From Candidatus Altimarinota bacterium (GTDB lineage: Bacteria; Patescibacteriota; Gracilibacteria; UBA1369): 32,000 nucleotides of DNA. The notes under the pieces are model-generated. The model did no database searches. It saw only the letters and a program-made list of their open reading frames with translations, and was not told where the DNA came from. This document shows positions 17,974 through 26,883 of this stretch, piece by piece. A program made the translations under genes and the position numbers. The stretch covers positions 150,001 through 182,000 of the forward strand of contig JBAZYK010000001.1 in NCBI GenBank assembly GCA_041659405.1, written 5' to 3'. The first letter of the stretch is position 1. Every line of letters starts with the position of its first letter.

Positions 17974-20676
17974 TTACATCTTTTCACGCAAACCATTTGT
18001 CCAACGCTCAGCAGCCTGTAATAATGGCAGATCAATTATGCATTCATCTTGACCAGCTTTCGCACCAGTCCCGGATTTTGAGCGGTTTTTAAAGCGTAAT
18101 ATTGGAGCCTTTGTGGTCTTACCTATCTCATAAATTGCCAAATTATTACGCTCACAAAGAGCTTGTAATTTCTTTGCTTTTTCCGGGCTTACTTCCAGGA
18201 CAAAACCGCCGGTTTCACTGAAAAGTTTGATGACGTTTTCTGCTGCTAGTGATGTTGTGAGACTTTGTGTCTTTGCATTGGCTGACGACGTTTGGACGGC
18301 TTGCTTGTTGGATGCAATGACCATATCGGCTGCCATGTTGGCCGCAAGTTTACCTGTCACTGGCGCTTTCGCCAATGATACTTGTGCCCCGCCTGCCGCA
18401 GCTGGCGCCCCCGCTACCGCCACTTTTGCCAAATCAACCTCCGCGCCAATTTGACCTTCGCCACGGCCTCCAAAAGCCATTTCGGCGACGGCAACGGCTA
18501 AACCTCCTTCGCTTATATCGTGTGCGGCGTTAACTAATCCTGCGGCAACTGCATCCACCATAGTGTAAATTTCGCGCTGTACCTGGGCAAAATCCGCCTG
18601 TGGAACATTCGCTCCAAGTTCGCCGTGTAATCTGTAATATTCAGAACCGCCAAGTTCATTTTTGCGCTCACCAATCATGTAAATCTTGCTGCCGGCTTTT
18701 TTGAATTGAGTTGTAATGGCCTTTTCGTAATTATCAATTTTTCCAATACAACACATTACAGCGGAAGGTGGCACGTGCCCGCCCTTTCCTTCGTTATAAA
18801 GGCTCACATTTCCGGAAATAATCGGCGTGGCATATCCAACATAATTCTTCAATTTAATGCCCTCACACGCATCTTTAATTCCTGTAATGCCTTCGATCAA
18901 TTCCTCCATTTGCTCAGGTTTTTCGGGATTACCGTAATTTAAACAATCAGTTAAAGCCTGAGGATAAGCTCCAACCGCCGCCACATTACGCATAGACTCA
19001 ACCACCGCGTTTGCCGCCCCATGATAAGCGCTAATTAAAGCATATCTGGGATTAAAATCCGTGGATAAAGCCATGCCGATTTTTTTGGTTTTGGCATCAA
19101 CCGGCTCATCCATAAGTGGCGCTATTACGCCTGCATCAGCCATTCCCGCCTCTATTATTACATAACCCTGGACCTGTTTATCGTACCTTTCATAGACCGG
19201 TTTTCTGTGCGCGATATTTTCGGAACTCAACAAATCGAGCATGATTTTGTTCCACGCGCCGCCTGCCCTGATGGAGGACTGCGCTGACTGGGTGCCGCTT
19301 GCCTTGCCGAAAGCCTGCGGTGATTGAGCGCCACTTGTTTTATTGGAAGACTGCAGTAGACCGTCGTCCTTTAGCAATTCCTCCAAATCCGGCTCTTTAA
19401 AGCTCTTTTTCGCGGCCTTATGCGGACGATCATATGACAAACCTTCGGTAATGCTTTCGGAAGTCGCATCCACAACCTTTTCGCCTTTGTAATATAAAAC
19501 GAAATTACCTTCTTTAACTTTGCCAATATGGGAAGCGCGCGCATTCTCGGCAACCGCAGGCAGATCCCATTTTTTGTTGTAATGATCAAGAATCATTTGT
19601 GTAATGCTCGGGTGGCACATCCAAGTAAAACGTTCCTGAGTTTCCGAACAGGCGATTACCGATGGTGGCAAATCTTTGATGCCAACATGAACTTTTTCCA
19701 AATCGATTTCTGCACCAAAACCCGCTTTGGCAACCTGCTCAACTGTTGAACAAGTAACTCCGCCGGCTCCCATATCTTTAAAACTGACTTTATCTATGAG
19801 CCCCTGTTTTTGTAGAGTTTCAAAAAGATCATAAGTTGAAACCAAAATGTGACGTTTTAAAAATGGATTTGGTTCCTGGACCGCGCCTTTATTTTTTTCT
19901 TTTTCGGATTCTTTTAAAATGCCGGAAGCAAAAGCCGCCCCACCCATTCCGCTAAAATCAGTTGGTTTGCCAACAACAATAATGTCCCAATTTTCTTTGG
20001 CAGCGTTTTTAGGAACATATGAATGAATAATGTCCGATTCCTTAACCATGCCCACAGCCACCACATTTACCAAACAGTTATCGTTATAAGAAGGATCAAA
20101 ATAAATATCGCCGCCAAGATTTGGAATGCCCACAGGATTGCCATAGCCGGCAATTCCACTAACAACTCCATTAAAAATTTGACGAGGTTGATTTTCCTTA
20201 ATATTCCCCAGCCGAAGCGGATCCATCACACCCAAAACGCGTCCACCCATGCAGGCAATGTCACGAATACAGCCACCGATTCCGGTTGCCGCGCCTTCAA
20301 AAGGAACAATTTGCGAAGGGTGATTATGGCTTTCATGTCCCACAATTAGGCCGTAACGATCTTGAATGGCTTTACCCTTTGAGTCTTTCTTCTTTGTAGT
20401 TATTTTCGCAATTTCCACAATTCCCGCGTCCTCACCAACACCTAAAACTACATTTGGAGCTTTAGTTGGCAGCAGCTTTAAATAGCGTCTGCTACTTTTG
20501 TATGAGCAGTGTTCCGAGCCCTGGATTCCCCACAAAATGGCTTCTGTAACAGTTGGCGGTCTCTTTAAAATCTTCTCGATCTCCCTTGCTTCTTCTATAG
20601 TCAGACCGATTTTGTGTTCGTTAAGCGCGTTTTGCACTTCGGCATCCGACATCTTAGAAAACGCGAGGGTGTCCAT
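17974..20676 (-). CDS. purL: Phosphoribosylformylglycinamidine synthase, PurL-type
   Basis: 900 aa; motifs GSEHCSYKSSRRYL, VGHESHNHPSQIVPFEGAATGIGGCIRDI, GMGGAAFASG, ACSETQERF, DISEGGLAVAVAEM; two low-complexity insertions. Confidence 0.95.
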   Translation of the reverse strand: MDTLAFSKMSDAEVQNALNEHKIGLTIEEAREIEKILKRPPTVTEAILWGIQGSEHCSYKSSRRYLKLLPTKAPNVVLGVGEDAGIVEIAKITTKKKDSKGKAIQDRYGLIVGHESHNHPSQIVPFEGAATGIGGCIRDIACMGGRVLGVMDPLRLGNIKENQPRQIFNGVVSGIAGYGNPVGIPNLGGDIYFDPSYNDNCLVNVVAVGMVKESDIIHSYVPKNAAKENWDIIVVGKPTDFSGMGGAAFASGILKESEKEKNKGAVQEPNPFLKRHILVSTYDLFETLQKQGLIDKVSFKDMGAGGVTCSTVEQVAKAGFGAEIDLEKVHVGIKDLPPSVIACSETQERFTWMCHPSITQMILDHYNKKWDLPAVAENARASHIGKVKEGNFVLYYKGEKVVDATSESITEGLSYDRPHKAAKKSFKEPDLEELLKDDGLLQSSNKTSGAQSPQAFGKASGTQSAQSSIRAGGAWNKIMLDLLSSENIAHRKPVYERYDKQVQGYVIIEAGMADAGVIAPLMDEPVDAKTKKIGMALSTDFNPRYALISAYHGAANAVVESMRNVAAVGAYPQALTDCLNYGNPEKPEQMEELIEGITGIKDACEGIKLKNYVGYATPIISGNVSLYNEGKGGHVPPSAVMCCIGKIDNYEKAITTQFKKAGSKIYMIGERKNELGGSEYYRLHGELGANVPQADFAQVQREIYTMVDAVAAGLVNAAHDISEGGLAVAVAEMAFGGRGEGQIGAEVDLAKVAVAGAPAAAGGAQVSLAKAPVTGKLAANMAADMVIASNKQAVQTSSANAKTQSLTTSLAAENVIKLFSETGGFVLEVSPEKAKKLQALCERNNLAIYEIGKTTKAPILRFKNRSKSGTGAKAGQDECIIDLPLLQAAERWTNGLREKM

Positions 20677-20819
20677 TTAATTAATAATTAATAATTAGTA
20701 ATTCTGGGGGTGGATTTTTGCCGGAGAAAAAGCATTCGCATTATAGCAAATTTATTTTCAATTCCAAGCAAGTTCAACGAATCGAACCTGCCTTTTTCTT
20801 GTAACTTGATTTGTATAGC

Positions 20820-21035
20820 CTATCTATGGAAAGCCAATAAAGCCATTGTGCGGGCATTTTTAACGCCCAATGCAACCGCCTTTTGGTGCTTAAGGCAAGT
20901 TCCCGTGTAGTAACGAGGAATGATTTTGTAGTACTGACTTATGAATTTACGGAGAAGTGGAATATTTTTGTAGTCGATGTATTTCACTTCATCAACGCAG
21001 AATTGACAAGGTTTGTTGTATTTATTCTTAGCCAT
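20820..21035 (-). CDS. rpsR: 30S ribosomal protein S18
   Basis: 71 aa; CQFCVDEVKYIDYKNIPLLRKFISQYYKIIPRYYTGTCLKHQKAVALGVKNARTMALLAF; canonical position after ssb. Confidence 0.95.
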   Translation of the reverse strand: MAKNKYNKPCQFCVDEVKYIDYKNIPLLRKFISQYYKIIPRYYTGTCLKHQKAVALGVKNARTMALLAFHR

Positions 21036-21066
21036 GGTGTTGAATTAAAATAAGTAGTTCAGGTTG

Positions 21067-21510
21067 TTAGAATACCTCTTCCGGAGGCATTTCTTCCGAT
21101 TGCATTTCGTTGTGTTCGCCTTCTGTAATTGGCATAGTTGCGATTGAATCTTCTGTGCCGTTTTCAGTTTCGTTATTTGGACGCTTTTCAAGCATGATCA
21201 GGTCATTGGCAACAATTTCGGTGCGGAATTTCTTTACGCCTTCCGGAGTGTCCCAGCTGCGAGTCTTTAAATAGCCTTCAATATAAACGAGTTTTCCTTT
21301 GCGTAAATATTTGTGACAAATTTCCGCAAGACGAGCCCAAGCAACAACTTCATGAAACTCACTGGATGTATGGCGTTGGTTATCACGAGTAGCCCATTCA
21401 CGATTTGTAGCAATACCGAATGTTACAATTGGTTGTCCACTGGTTGTCTGTTTAAGTTCAGGATCTCGAGTAAGGTTTCCAATGAGGATGACTTTATTAA
21501 TGCTTCTCAT
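21067..21510 (-). CDS. ssb: Single-stranded DNA-binding protein
   Basis: 147 aa; MRSINKVILIGNLTRDPELKQTTSGQPIVTFGIATNR, WARLAEICHKYLRKGKLVYIEGYLKTRSW; acidic EEMPPEEVF C-terminal tip. Confidence 0.97.
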   Translation of the reverse strand: MRSINKVILIGNLTRDPELKQTTSGQPIVTFGIATNREWATRDNQRHTSSEFHEVVAWARLAEICHKYLRKGKLVYIEGYLKTRSWDTPEGVKKFRTEIVANDLIMLEKRPNNETENGTEDSIATMPITEGEHNEMQSEEMPPEEVF

Positions 21511-21564
21511 AGATGAGGATTTATAATATGAATGTTTTTATGCCGGCGTAGCAGCGCAAATCTG

Positions 21565-22125
21565 TTAGAAGTTAAGGTCCGGATTGTCGATGATGCTCTT
21601 TAGTTTAGCATCAACATCTTCTAAATCCTTTTTCTTCTTCTTTGTTGTCTCCTCTGCAGCTTCTACCTTTTCTTCAGGTTTTGCTTTTGGCTCAACCTTT
21701 GGTTCAACCTTAGGTTCTGCTTTAGGCTCAACCTTGGCATAAGGCTTTTTATCATCTGTTTTGCCTTCAACCAAAGCTTCCTCTACTACAACCGTATAAT
21801 CTTTTGGAACGTAGGTCGTAGGAAGAGTGATGAACATGTGGCGAACAACTTCCGGTTCGAGTCTTAAAACTCGATCCATTTCTTTAATGTGCTGCGGATC
21901 AGATACAAAATCAAGGACTGCATAATAGCCCTTTCTTTGTTTACCGATAGCATATGCGAGATCTTTAAGACCCCACAATTCCTCATGGAAAATTTCACCT
22001 TTTACAGAGGTGATCTGTTTGCGCACCTTATCAAGGCGCTTTTTAATATCATCTTCTCCAATATCCGGATTGATGATTACCATCAGCTCGTAGCGTTTGG
22101 CATCGGAAAGAACTGTATTGTTCAT
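21565..22125 (-). CDS. rpsF: 30S ribosomal protein S6, with long charged C-terminal extension
   Basis: RYELMVIINPDIGEDDIKKRLDKVRKQI...WGLKDLAYAIGKQRKGYYAVLDF...DRVLRLEPEVVRHMFI; Pro/Lys/Glu repeat tail; operon order rpsF-ssb-rpsR. Confidence 0.96.
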   Translation of the reverse strand: MNNTVLSDAKRYELMVIINPDIGEDDIKKRLDKVRKQITSVKGEIFHEELWGLKDLAYAIGKQRKGYYAVLDFVSDPQHIKEMDRVLRLEPEVVRHMFITLPTTYVPKDYTVVVEEALVEGKTDDKKPYAKVEPKAEPKVEPKVEPKAKPEEKVEAAEETTKKKKKDLEDVDAKLKSIIDNPDLNF

Positions 22126-22663
22126 TCTTTCTATGGGTTAAGAAATAGATGCTTAAGTAAGCCAATCCGGATTTGAGGATAAGGTGTCGCTTTGCGACTC
22201 CCTACTGCTAGGCCTGCTTAGGGCAGGCGCTTGCCTCACTTCGTTCGGCTTACAGAAAGAAAAGCATTGGGACTTTAACAAAAACTTTTCCTTAAAGCAA
22301 GTGTTGCTCGCGATAGAGATAGTCACTCATGGGCGTAGCGGAAAAATCCAAAGCTGCCTTGAAGCCCTTGCCTTAGTTGATTCAAAAATAGCCTTGGCTG
22401 ATATAAGCCACAATTTGCCAAGATTTGCCAAATCCGGACTTTTTCCTAAGTTTTATTTCCCGTAAGATCATGCTCAATGTCAAGGATGGCTTGCTTTTTG
22501 AAAAGTCTGTTTTTTAATATAATTGTTTTTAGCACTTTCCCATTGATTTAAGCCGTTTTATACGACACCAGTAAAGTTTACTATACAATACTACTTGACA
22601 ATATCTCTCTTTTTTGGCAATCTTAACGTCTTGATTAGGATTTTTCAGGTGTGTAACGTAGAT

Positions 22664-24037
22664 ATGAAAGTGCAAATTTCGCAGACGCATACACAAAAAG
22701 GACGCAGTATTTACTAACACAATATAGATATTAGTACTACGCTCACTCAACAACTAGCAGTTAATGAAGATGCACGACGTGCACGCCACCTAAAAGTATT
22801 CACAAAGGCTGCAGCTCTTCGTTTCTCCGCAATTACCTCGTTATCTACCAATGTATTAAAGCAGGGCTTTGAAGGAAGTCAGAGAGTTAAAAGTGCTTTA
22901 AGTCCATATTTTCATTTCAAGAAGGCTGAAGAAAAAGTTGCCGCACCCGGTCATAAGCTCTTTGTACGCTATACCGCCCTGGTGGCCGCATTGATGATGA
23001 TTAGCGTATACACACCATCTAATGCCTATTCTGATGGATCTTCCGCTGCTTCTGCTGCTGATATTGGAGAAATCTGGCAGTCTTCCCAGGTTGATAGCAC
23101 ATTGATGACCGACCAGGAAGGTTACTTGACTAAGGTTAATCCTCAAACAAGCATTGGTGATCGCAGCACTATGAATGATTATCTTGTACATACGATTGCT
23201 TCCGGTGAAACAGCATCTACAATCGCAACTTCTTACCAATTACATACTTCTACTGTTCTCTGGGCGAATAACATTTCAGATAGAAGCACATTACAGGTTG
23301 GACAAAAACTATTTATTCCTCCAGTCGACGGCGTAAGCCATAAGATTGCCAAAGCTGACAATCTCCAAAAGATTGCAAAAGCTTATGGTGTAAGCGCCGA
23401 TGCTATTTCTAAACAGAATGGTTTAACCAATGGAACACTTATCTACGGCGAAGATCTGATCATCCCAGGAGGAAAACCACTTCCGGTTGATACAGCTCCG
23501 GATTTGAGCAAAGTTAAGATTAAAAATACAACTGTTGGCCGTGATACACCGGCCCGTGTGACTACAGCTTCCCGCGTTAATGCAGTTGCCGCTGTTCCTA
23601 CTGCCGGTGGAGCTATTCTTGGTGGTACAAGTGCCGTTCCTATAGGAAATAAACCATTCATATTCCCAACTCATGGCCAAATCACTCAAGGCTTCCGTAG
23701 TGGTCATTATGCTTTTGATATTGCAAACACTGATCGTCCAGCCATCTGGTCTGCCGGAGCAGGTACGGTTGTAAAGGTAGTATCCGGCTGTGCTGACGTT
23801 TCTTATTCTTGTGGTGGAGGTTATGGTAATCACGTTATCATCGACCATGGAAATGGCCTTCAGACGCTTTATGGACACATGACATACACTTCAGTTCAAG
23901 TTGGTGATCGTATTGACCAGGGACAAGTTGTTGGCAAGATGGGACGTAGTGGACGTGTTCGTGGTGTAACCGGCATTCATTTACACTTCGAAGTTCGTAA
24001 AAATGGCGTGAAACAAGTTCCTTCCAACTTTTACTAG
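22664..24037 (+). CDS. LysM + M23 family metallopeptidase (cell-wall hydrolase); true 5' end uncertain (ORF track starts at GTG 22982, frame open from 22718, in-frame ATG at 22664 is separated by TAA at 22715)
   Basis: Two LysM-like segments (YLVHTIASGETASTIATSYQLHTSTVLWANNI; SHKIAKADNLQKIAKAYGVSADAISKQN) and M23 motifs GHYAFDIAN, HVIIDHGNGLQTLYGHM, GRVRGVTGIHLHFEVRKNG. Confidence 0.9.
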
Positions 24038-24091
24038 GAAGAACTCTATTTACAAAGATTAGCGGTCACTATAGACTAACCCCCGGCCTTT

Positions 24092-24364
24092 TTGTCATGC
24101 CCTATGTGGAAGAAAATCCTTAGTATCCCCCGAAAACCTCTGCTCTTTCTGATTCGTCTGTACCAAAGAACACTTTCTCCCGACCATGGTTTCGTTAAAA
24201 TTTTGTTTCCCTATGGATATTGCAAATATCAGCCAACCTGCTCGGAATACGGTTACCGGGCCATCGAGAAGTTTGGTCTTTTAAAAGGTGTTCCGCTGGC
24301 TTTGTGGCGTGTTTTACGCTGCAATCCATGCAGTAAAGGCGGCTTAGATCCAATCAAAAATTAG
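24092..24364 (+). CDS. yidD: Membrane protein insertion efficiency factor YidD
   Basis: [17 protein letters not shown].....[44 protein letters not shown] is a diagnostic YidD signature; start may be ATG 24107. Confidence 0.95.
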   Translation: MSCPMWKKILSIPRKPLLFLIRLYQRTLSPDHGFVKILFPYGYCKYQPTCSEYGYRAIEKFGLLKGVPLALWRVLRCNPCSKGGLDPIKN

Positions 24365-24418
24365 TAATTATAAATCTTACATCAATTCGTCACTCCTAAT
24401 TCGTAATTCGTAATTTCT

Positions 24419-25957
24419 ATGATCAAGCGTGCCCTCATCAGCGTTAGTGATAAAACGGGATTAGTTGAATTTGCTCAGGTTTTAGCAAAGGGTGGAGTTG
24501 AAATTCTTTCGACCGGAGGAACGGCAAAAGCGCTTAAAGAAGCTGGAATTAAAGTTACCGAAGTTTCGGACTTTACCGGTTTTCCAGAGATTTTGGATGG
24601 CAGAGTCAAAACACTTCATCCAAAAATTCATGGAGGACTTTTGGCCTTGCGTGAAAAGCCCGAACACATGGAACAGATCAAAAAACTTGGCATTGAGCCG
24701 ATTGATTTGGTGGTTGTGAATTTGTATCCTTTTGAGGAAACGGTCGAACGTGAAGATGCGACTGCTGCGGAAATTATTGAAAATATTGATATTGGCGGTC
24801 CGAGTATGATCCGTTCTGCAGCCAAAAACTTTGGTTCGGTTACTGTAGTCACAAATCCAATGGATTACGCCGGGGTAATGGAAGAATTCAAAAAGAATGG
24901 CGATACCACTCTGGAAACGCGCAAGTTGCTGGCCAGAAAAGCCTTTTCCAGAACTTATCAATATGACGAAGCAATTGATCATTACTTTAGAAAAGAACTT
25001 GGTGAAGCGGAACTTTTGGATCTGCATTATGAAAAAGTTCAGAGTTTGCGCTATGGCGAAAATCCGCACCAGAAAGCGGCCTTCTTCCGAAACCCTTTAA
25101 ACAAAGATGCCAACATTACCAATGCCAAGGTGCTGCATGGAAAGCAACTTTCGTTTAATAACATTGTAGATGGGGACGCTGCTTTGGAACTGGTTAAGGA
25201 GTTTAAAAAGCCAACTGTTGCCGTTATTAAGCACAATAATCCATGTGGTGTTGCTTCCGCGGAAACTATTGAAGAAGCTTTTGAATTGGCTTTTAATGTT
25301 GACCCGATGTCGAGTTTTGGTGGAGTTATTGCCATGAATCGACCTTGCAACATGAATTTGGTAAATTCAATCAATCAAAAAAAATGGTTTGTGGAGATTA
25401 TTATTTCCCCAAAATTTGAAGAAGATGCTTTAAAAGAGCTGATGAAGAAGCCAAATTTGCGTTTGCTTGAAACCGGACCGTTAAAGCTTGATCTGCAAAG
25501 TCGTGACATCAAAAAAGTTGCCGGCGGTATTTTAATTCAAACCAAAGACACTTATCTGGTTTCAGAAAAAGATTTGAAAGTTGTAACAAAAAAACAGCCA
25601 ACTCCCGAGCAAATCAAGAGTATGCTTTTTGCAACGACCATTGTTAAACACGTGAAATCAAATGCGATTGTCTTGGCTAAGGCGGAAGTGGTAATGGGAA
25701 TTGGCGCAGGACAAATGTCACGCGTGGATGCCGTACATTTGGCTTGTTATAAAGCCGGAACGGAACGGGCGAAAGGCTCGGTAATGGCGTCGGATGCGTT
25801 TTTTCCTTTTGCGGATGGTGTGGAGATGGCTGCTGAAAACGGAATAGAAGCTATTGTTCACCCCGGTGGGTCAATCCGCGACGAAGAAGTAATCAAGCGC
25901 GCGGATGAACTTGGCTTGGTAATGGTGGTTACCGGCGTGCGGTTTTTTAGGCATTAG
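24419..25957 (+). CDS. purH: Bifunctional AICAR formyltransferase / IMP cyclohydrolase
   Basis: 512 aa; N-terminal ALISVSDKTGLVEFAQ...STGGTAKAL (MGS-like) and C-terminal KHNNPCGVA, SNAIVLAK, GAGQMSRVDAV, SDAFFPFADGVE, HPGGSIRD. Confidence 0.98.
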   Translation: MIKRALISVSDKTGLVEFAQVLAKGGVEILSTGGTAKALKEAGIKVTEVSDFTGFPEILDGRVKTLHPKIHGGLLALREKPEHMEQIKKLGIEPIDLVVVNLYPFEETVEREDATAAEIIENIDIGGPSMIRSAAKNFGSVTVVTNPMDYAGVMEEFKKNGDTTLETRKLLARKAFSRTYQYDEAIDHYFRKELGEAELLDLHYEKVQSLRYGENPHQKAAFFRNPLNKDANITNAKVLHGKQLSFNNIVDGDAALELVKEFKKPTVAVIKHNNPCGVASAETIEEAFELAFNVDPMSSFGGVIAMNRPCNMNLVNSINQKKWFVEIIISPKFEEDALKELMKKPNLRLLETGPLKLDLQSRDIKKVAGGILIQTKDTYLVSEKDLKVVTKKQPTPEQIKSMLFATTIVKHVKSNAIVLAKAEVVMGIGAGQMSRVDAVHLACYKAGTERAKGSVMASDAFFPFADGVEMAAENGIEAIVHPGGSIRDEEVIKRADELGLVMVVTGVRFFRH

Positions 25958-26184
25958 GACGCCTGCCCGTACTTTTCCGCAAGATATTTAACGATTTCAG
26001 AAGATTCGTTCATGATTGTGCCGTTGTCGTCGATTACAGGCACTGTTCCGCCAAGCTTGATGACAACTTCAGGTTTATTGGCAGGATCGATATTCACTTT
26101 TTCGTAATCGAGCTTTAGTTCAGCCAGTTTTTGACGAACTTTTTCGCAAAAAGGACATTCGGTGTATTGGTAGAGTTTAATCAT
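25954..26184 (-). CDS. Glutaredoxin-like / N-terminal GST-like thioredoxin-fold protein
   Basis: 76 aa; IKLYQYTECPFCEKVRQKLAELKLDYEKVNI...GGTVPVIDDNGTIMNESSEIVKYL; CPFC active site; 4-nt tail-to-tail overlap with purH. Confidence 0.85.
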   Translation of the reverse strand: MIKLYQYTECPFCEKVRQKLAELKLDYEKVNIDPANKPEVVIKLGGTVPVIDDNGTIMNESSEIVKYLAEKYGQAS

Positions 26185-26242
26185 AATTTGAAATTAAGAA
26201 TTAAAATTAAAGAATGGCACGTTGATTTGCTCGACCGGTTAA

Positions 26243-26770
26243 ATGAGCGCTGATAGAATTGTTTTGATTATATCAGTCATTTTTTTAAAGTCACTTTTTT
26301 CATTTTTTATGGATTTTCCAATAATTTTGCTGGCGAAATATTTTTATCTTTTTGTTGTTGTAATTGGAGTTCTGGTTGTTTTGATGGAAGCAAAAAAAGA
26401 CCGTGTTAATACCATTAAATTGGCTATTGCCGCTTTACCGCTTTCGTTTATTTTTTCCAGAATTGCTGCTGCGTTGTTTTATAATCCTCGGCCATTCGTG
26501 GTTGATAAAATCACGCCGCTGATTGCGCATGCGGCTGATAATGGCTTCCCTTCGGATCATACTTTGTTCGTCATGACAATTTCGGCAATCGTTTTTGCTT
26601 ATAATAAAAAAGCGGGCATGGTTTTAGTTTTATTGTCTTTAGTTGTTGGACTTAGCAGAGTTTTGGCAAAAGTGCATCACGGAATTGATATTTTGGGAGG
26701 TATGGGGCTCGCATTTGTAGCTACATATATTTGCTTTATAGGTCTAAAAAAATTGAAGTTGATAAAATAA
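26243..26770 (+). CDS. PAP2-family phosphatase, probable undecaprenyl-diphosphatase (BcrC/UppP-2 like)
   Basis: 175 aa; NPRPFV...GFPSDHTLF...GLSRVLAKVHHGIDILGG match PAP2 motifs; five or so TM segments. Confidence 0.85.
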   Translation: MSADRIVLIISVIFLKSLFSFFMDFPIILLAKYFYLFVVVIGVLVVLMEAKKDRVNTIKLAIAALPLSFIFSRIAAALFYNPRPFVVDKITPLIAHAADNGFPSDHTLFVMTISAIVFAYNKKAGMVLVLLSLVVGLSRVLAKVHHGIDILGGMGLAFVATYICFIGLKKLKLIK

Positions 26771-26794
26771 AAAAAATTTATTTAATCCTAAAGA

Positions 26795-26872
26795 GCCACG
26801 TCCCATTGATCCTCGTGGGACCATTTTTACCTATTTCTCTGGACAAAAAACTGCTTATCTTTTAGAATAGGT
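26795..26872 (+). promoter_or_regulatory. Leader region of the first purP-like gene with two overlapping alternative hairpins and a further 9-bp stem
   Basis: CCACG/CGTGG (26795-26799/26813-26817) competes with GTCCCA/TGGGAC (26799-26804/26815-26820), the latter followed by CATTTTT; then ACCTATT[T]CT (26829-26838) pairs AGAATAGGT (26864-26872). Confidence 0.35.
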
Positions 26873-26883
26873 CAAAGTTCATT

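Noticed and set aside
22184-22465. 93-aa plus-strand ORF upstream of the M23 gene
   Set aside because: It begins inside the GC hairpins of the rpsF leader, has no recognisable motif and marginal composition; not supported as a CDS.
22498-22523. TTGAAA...TATAAT as a promoter for the M23 gene
   Set aside because: Spacer is only 14 nt and the sequence is AT-rich, so a chance match is likely.
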